Virus record (IMG/VR): IMGVR_UViG_3300044477_000211
Span: 1-30,034 of that record
Direction: 5' to 3' (one strand)
DNA length: 30,034 nt
Source of the DNA: a virus
Lineage: Duplodnaviria > Caudoviricetes
Positions 26,077-30,034 of the stretch are shown here, in pieces. The notes beneath the pieces are model-generated. The model did no database searches. It was not told the origin of the DNA and saw only the letters and a program-made list of their open reading frames with translations. Numbering within the stretch: the first letter of the stretch is position 1; every line of letters starts with the position of its first letter. The translations under genes were made by a program, and so were the position numbers.

Positions 26077-26639
26077 TGTTGATTAGCGTTTGATAAATCC
26101 AAATAATACTCTTCATTTTCTTTAACAAACTTGTGTGCTGGAGTTCCATAAGAAATGGTTAAAATTAACTGTCCTGCAGGTGTGTATTTTGAGAATGATA
26201 AGTTCTCTTCAGATCCTTCAGTAACTGGATAAAAAAAGACTGTTACAGATTCATTTACGGGTGAGTCTTCAATAGCACTACATCTAAATTTTGCTCTTAC
26301 TTTATTTAGAGGTATTTTTAAAATTGCAATCTCGTTCTGAAGCTCTCCAATTATATTTACAAGTTTTGTATTACTATTTGCTGCTTCAAAAAGTTCATTC
26401 TCTTTTCTCTTGAGTAATTCAGCCGTCTCCGGGCTGGCCATCCTGGCGTCAAGTTGATCTTGAATATCTTTCATCTTATCGATCCAGTACCAGTGAGCGA
26501 ACACAAACCCTATTAAACCGCCTACTGAACCAGTCCATAGAGCAATTGATACTGAATCCTTGTAAAAGAATGCTAAACATGTTGTGAAAATGATCACGAA
26601 TGCGATAAACGCTAACTTTGATTTGAATAATTTTTTCAT
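26073..26639 (-). CDS. Two-TM, coiled-coil protein with conserved-looking C-terminal beta domain (start probably 26639, not 26738)
   Basis: MKKLFKSK, 2 TM helices, coiled coil, then VRAKFRC...SEEN..FSKYTPAG...EYYLD. Confidence 0.65.
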   Translation of the reverse strand: MKKLFKSKLAFIAFVIIFTTCLAFFYKDSVSIALWTGSVGGLIGFVFAHWYWIDKMKDIQDQLDARMASPETAELLKRKENELFEAANSNTKLVNIIGELQNEIAILKIPLNKVRAKFRCSAIEDSPVNESVTVFFYPVTEGSEENLSFSKYTPAGQLILTISYGTPAHKFVKENEEYYLDLSNANQQ

Positions 26640-26646
26640 TGCTTTT

Positions 26647-27105
26647 CTAATTAATGTTATTAAAATATAATTTAAGGAATGTTCCTTCTTTGTCTTCATC
26701 CACTTTGAATTTATCTTTATTACCATGTACATAAACATGAAAATTTTTGTCTAATTTGAAAACAGCTTTACTACTTTTACCGGTTCTCAAATCATTTAAA
26801 ATTTCTCTTGACTCTTCACTCATATTTTGTTCTGAAGATGCACATCTAGGAACAAAACAGTTCTTTAGTTCTAACTTATCAATGTCTAAATAATTTAGTA
26901 TTCCTGAAATATCATGCATAAAATATTTATCCTCATAATTAAGTAGTTTCTCTAGGTCTAGCCTTATACAATACAAATGCGTGCTTCTAACATATAAATA
27001 CACTTCTGTTCTAAAAATATCAGGAAAAAGTTGAATAGATCTTTCAACTATTTTTTTAATAAGATCTTCTTCAATGTTTGAAATGTTGTTTACTCTTGGT
27101 GTCAT
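26647..27105 (-). CDS. Hypothetical phage protein (DUF6874-like)
   Basis: LDLEKLL...FMHDISGI...LD.....L.NCFVPR motif; family name from memory. Confidence 0.55.
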   Translation of the reverse strand: MTPRVNNISNIEEDLIKKIVERSIQLFPDIFRTEVYLYVRSTHLYCIRLDLEKLLNYEDKYFMHDISGILNYLDIDKLELKNCFVPRCASSEQNMSEESREILNDLRTGKSSKAVFKLDKNFHVYVHGNKDKFKVDEDKEGTFLKLYFNNIN

Positions 27106-27135
27106 AATTATTTTGATGTTTTAATGATTAATATT

Positions 27136-27405
27136 TTAATTCCTTTCCTCTAATGCTATTAAGTTTGAGTCGTGTAAAATGTTGCTCATCTCTTTTGTAT
27201 ATCCTCCTGAAGCTAAAGCAGAAATAACATCAGCTTTTATTTTGTAAGTTTGTGCGATAACCTTACCTGCTTCAATAACTCTCTTAGCAACTTCAGTTGA
27301 AATTTTTTCATTTTCTGAAGCTCCAGGATCACTGTTATTTTTGAGCATCTCTATTACCTCGAACATGTGCTCATTTAATGCATCTAAACTAATTTGCTTT
27401 TTCAT
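27136..27405 (-). CDS. Hypothetical helical protein typically paired with the upstream HNH gene
   Basis: L..LNEHMFEVIEML...AK.V...GK.I pattern. Confidence 0.6.
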   Translation of the reverse strand: MKKQISLDALNEHMFEVIEMLKNNSDPGASENEKISTEVAKRVIEAGKVIAQTYKIKADVISALASGGYTKEMSNILHDSNLIALEERN

Positions 27406-28183
27406 TTTCTTGATTATTTATAAGTTTTGAAATTTTTCCTATTAATCGAAGGGATTGGCGTGCTTCAGGTGGATAATTGTTAATTGAATTATCAATCATT
27501 TGTTCCTCCCTTGTAATTGCGTATAAGTTCTCATATACACAATGTTGTCTAATACCATCCCGGAATTGAATATTAGTTCCGGCAGGGATCTTTCCATGAC
27601 GCTCCTCCCAAATAAGCCTGTGCTTTTGCACAAATTTACCTTTTGATACTCTAACCTCAATATATCCATCCACATTTATTCTCTCATACCCATCATATTT
27701 AGTATTAGCCGGAATATTTCCCTTTTTAAAACTATGTGCTTTTATATTTTCAATAGTTTCAGAACTCAAGTATTCATGCATCCGTTTCCCGGTATTATAA
27801 GGAACATTTCCTTTTTTATAGCGTAAAGCTATTGATGCAGGATCTTTTGATACTTTATATCCCATTGCTTTGATAAACTCATTGCTTTTTTTAATTCCGA
27901 GAATATAAGCACGGTTAAGAACAGCATAACGATTTAAATTTAAATCGTTAGCTAGTTGTATTGAGTCAACATTCGGATAAAAATCTCTCAAATACTGATC
28001 CTCTTCAGCAGTCCACACGTGCTTATTGTCTCTTTTAAGATCTCTTTTATAAGCAGCATTTTTAACAGCAGAAGTAGATCTATTCAAAGCTGAAGCAATC
28101 TCTTTAAAAGACATACCACTAATGTTGTCCCGAATAAATTGTATTTCAATATCTGTATATGATCTATTCATAACTAGTACCAA
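27389..28183 (-). CDS. HNH endonuclease with tandem N-terminal HTH repeats
   Basis: YT..E..FIRDN / WT.EED.YLRD repeats, two [YF]KKGN.P.N repeats, DGYI.V, HRLIWE..HG.IP...F.DG......ENL. Confidence 0.85.
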   Translation of the reverse strand: MVLVMNRSYTDIEIQFIRDNISGMSFKEIASALNRSTSAVKNAAYKRDLKRDNKHVWTAEEDQYLRDFYPNVDSIQLANDLNLNRYAVLNRAYILGIKKSNEFIKAMGYKVSKDPASIALRYKKGNVPYNTGKRMHEYLSSETIENIKAHSFKKGNIPANTKYDGYERINVDGYIEVRVSKGKFVQKHRLIWEERHGKIPAGTNIQFRDGIRQHCVYENLYAITREEQMIDNSINNYPPEARQSLRLIGKISKLINNQENEKAN

Positions 28184-28686
28184 ATGTTTTCAACTTTTAA
28201 AGAATCTAACTCAACCAAATCTTCCTTATGATTAATGGTAACCTTAATGGTCAGACAGGATGAAAATAATACTGAAGCTGAAAAAAGAATCAACATCACA
28301 ATCAGTGCCATTCCTTTTGGAACCGGTTGATCAATTGGAGCAGAGGATCTGTACAACCTGAAGTAACCGGTTAACCGATCTGTACGTTCATCAGCTTTAC
28401 ATTGAACCTTATTGCACTCTTCAGGATAATTTGCAAGGATGCACTTTTCACAGCGATCCTCTTTTGAATAAGGCATAAATATGATCAGCCCTGGTGATGT
28501 CTGGCGAATGTCAGGTTCACAAGATCTTGTCCATACTCTATGCTCCTTTTGCATTGTAGAATACTGGCAAAAATTGCCAAGGCAAGAGTGATATGGGCAT
28601 CCATAATCTATGCTCTTGCAAACTTTTTGATTAATTTTTGATTCAAATATTTCCTCCATATAAATTAATTTTGACATAAATCCCAA
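28174..28686 (-). CDS. Cys-rich hypothetical protein with C-terminal hydrophobic segment
   Basis: Multiple Cys, then MALIVMLILFSASVLFSSC; start uncertain. Confidence 0.55.
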   Translation of the reverse strand: MGFMSKLIYMEEIFESKINQKVCKSIDYGCPYHSCLGNFCQYSTMQKEHRVWTRSCEPDIRQTSPGLIIFMPYSKEDRCEKCILANYPEECNKVQCKADERTDRLTGYFRLYRSSAPIDQPVPKGMALIVMLILFSASVLFSSCLTIKVTINHKEDLVELDSLKVENIWY

Positions 28687-29168
28687 TCATCATTTTTCAT
28701 AACTTCTCTCGCACGTTGTTTGCGACAGAATTCAGCGTATAATCTAGTGAGTGATCCCTCACTGATTTTATTAAAGTCATCAACACCGGCAGCTCTGCAA
28801 GCAACTCCTTTTACATAGTCCATATTGACAACCTTCCCCTGAAGCTTAAACCATTTATAAATAGCAGCGATTAGTCCCTTCCTTTTTGTGTCAAGATCTA
28901 ATATCAATTTACTGTTGTTTGATCTGTCAACCTTTTCACTAGCTGTCAACCTTGTCTCTTTATTAGGGTCAAGATCCTGAAGGGTTTTAATCAAAGCCTG
29001 TGCTTCTGTATATGATAATTCACTGGTATGAATTGTCCTCTTACAAGTGATATCATAAACAAGCTGATCACGATCTTCCTGTTTGAGCAATAAATACCCA
29101 AATAGCGCATGTATCTTTGCGTTTTGACTTAGTGTTCTTTTATTGTCTTGAGTTTCCATATTTTTCAT
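28665..29168 (-). CDS. Mu GemA/gp16-like (DUF1018-like) protein; start probably 29168 or 29159
   Basis: Q.AKIHAL...R..LV...T..RT..TSEL...EA..LI..L; FN.I....L..LY..F. Confidence 0.6.
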   Translation of the reverse strand: MKNMETQDNKRTLSQNAKIHALFGYLLLKQEDRDQLVYDITCKRTIHTSELSYTEAQALIKTLQDLDPNKETRLTASEKVDRSNNSKLILDLDTKRKGLIAAIYKWFKLQGKVVNMDYVKGVACRAAGVDDFNKISEGSLTRLYAEFCRKQRAREVMKNDDWDLCQN

Positions 29169-29784
29169 TTTTGTCATGTAAATATTTTTCTGCACCCTCT
29201 TCCCAAATGGTGTATTGACCAGTCGGCCCAATAAAGCGCCCTTTACTGAATGCTTTATAGCCCTCAACCCAAATCTTAAGTGTTGAGTCAAACATTACAG
29301 ATTTTGCAGGTCTCCCTGATGGTTGTGATCCGGAAGCGTGTGAAATGAAAATTAAAAGCTTATTTCTAAATTGCTCTTTAAAAAGTATGTACTCTTTATA
29401 AGAAAGCTGCGTGTATTGAAATGAGTCAATAACTACAATCGGTGCAGATCTTTTTTTCTGAAGCTCAGACTTGAGAAGATCCATATTATACCCATCAAGG
29501 ATCCTCACGTTTTTATCTGAAGCTTTAAATCCGGCATTGACAAAAGCATTACGCATTGTCAAGCTAGATCCCTCCTCTAATGACACAAAATCAACTTTAG
29601 TGAAAGTAGACAAATACTTTATCAACTGAACAATGAATGAAGTTTTACCGTTGCCAGAATTACCCCAAATGAACCACACCCCACGTTTTTCCGGAGTGGA
29701 GAATGCATCTCTCCAGGCTCCGGAAAAGTCAAACACCCGGTACTTCTTATTCATCAAATTATCAACTGAGAGAGCCTTTGCCAT
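29140..29784 (-). CDS. P-loop ATPase (RecA/Sms-like) of Bacteroidetes Mu-like phages
   Basis: Walker A GNSGNGKT, SLEEG, Walker B VVIDSFQY, IFISHA, KGRF. Confidence 0.85.
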   Translation of the reverse strand: MAKALSVDNLMNKKYRVFDFSGAWRDAFSTPEKRGVWFIWGNSGNGKTSFIVQLIKYLSTFTKVDFVSLEEGSSLTMRNAFVNAGFKASDKNVRILDGYNMDLLKSELQKKRSAPIVVIDSFQYTQLSYKEYILFKEQFRNKLLIFISHASGSQPSGRPAKSVMFDSTLKIWVEGYKAFSKGRFIGPTGQYTIWEEGAEKYLHDKNEKYGNSRQ

Positions 29785-30034
29785 TATCCTCTAAAATTTA
29801 AGATTTTGCAAATGTTCTCAACTGTTAGATCCTCACCGGTACGATCAAGCTCCCGGAGCACTGGTACCAACACATCATGAAGCTCGCCATAATTTTCGCA
29901 CTCGCGAGAGATGAACCTGATCACTTCCTTATTGGTGATTGAAAGCTCATTGAAAAACTGTTTAAACGATCTATCAACACTATCTAAATGACGGATCCCG
30001 AACTTGATCCTCCTGTAAAATTGTGGAATCCCAT
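29784..30034 (-). CDS. 3' end of probable MuB-like AAA+ transposition ATPase (runs off window; absent from ORF track)
   Basis: Frame from 30032: GIPQFYRRIKFG...CENYGELHD...ILNFRG*, TAATG-coupled to next ATPase; identity inferred from Arg-finger-like motif and position. Confidence 0.6.
   Translation of the reverse strand, partial: GIPQFYRRIKFGIRHLDSVDRSFKQFFNELSITNKEVIRFISRECENYGELHDVLVPVLRELDRTGEDLTVENICKILNFRG

Larger units (their letters stand above)
1..30034. mobile_element. Mu-like transposable siphovirus/prophage of a Bacteroidetes host (partial, both ends outside window)
   Basis: Mu-type head gene set (DUF935 portal, MuF, gp36-, gpG-, gp37-like, protease/scaffold), GemA-like, DUF3164 and AAA ATPase early genes, tape measure with no sheath gene; Bacteroidetes-type TAnnTTTG promoters. 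Confidence 0.9.

Noticed and set aside
26640-29291. Extended N-termini of ORFs 26073-26738 and 28665-29291
   Set aside because: They overlap upstream genes by ~90-150 nt; downstream ATGs (26639, 29168/29159) fit the operon packing better.
1-30034. CRISPR array, tRNA/rRNA genes, invertible tail-fibre segment, contractile sheath, transposase, phage ends
   Set aside because: No repeat-spacer array, cloverleaf, invertase or sheath gene seen; the genes at both edges are truncated, so ends and transposase lie outside the window.

Overview
The whole window is the interior of a Mu-like (transposable) siphovirus/prophage, almost certainly from a Bacteroidetes host: AT-rich, TAnnTTTG promoters, A-rich non-Shine-Dalgarno leaders, a BACON domain. 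It has three blocks. (1) A leftward late operon, 15712 to <1: protease/scaffold, capsid with a hydrophobic N-terminal leader and C-terminal BACON-like domain, lysis genes, tail tube, frameshifted tail chaperone, tape measure, Dit, Tal, fibre/receptor-binding genes, and a DNA adenine methyltransferase at the Mu mom position. (2) A divergent rightward operon, 15913-22104: TerS, a broken TerL, gp36-like, DUF935 portal, MuF, gpG-like, gp37-like. (3) Leftward early/middle genes, >30034-22241: AAA ATPase 3' end, P-loop ATPase, GemA-like, HNH, DUF3164, DUF4406 and small ORFs. The transposase and genome ends lie outside the window. The best candidate for something undescribed is at 19740-21130. A textbook -1 frameshift signal (U_UUU_UUC, 6-nt spacer, GC hairpin) at the portal stop would fuse the portal to MuF and its putative toxin-like C-terminal extension (~827 aa). 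No immunity ORF follows; instead an antisense promoter drives a ~65-nt structured RNA over the MuF 3' end. Two more promoter-plus-structure small-RNA candidates (800-946 and 22103-22183) run opposite to the late operons. TerL carries an in-frame TAA where the nuclease catalytic motif is apparently deleted, and the methyltransferase has G>E in motif I, so the element may be cryptic. All family assignments are by eye from motifs and synteny; no searches were run.
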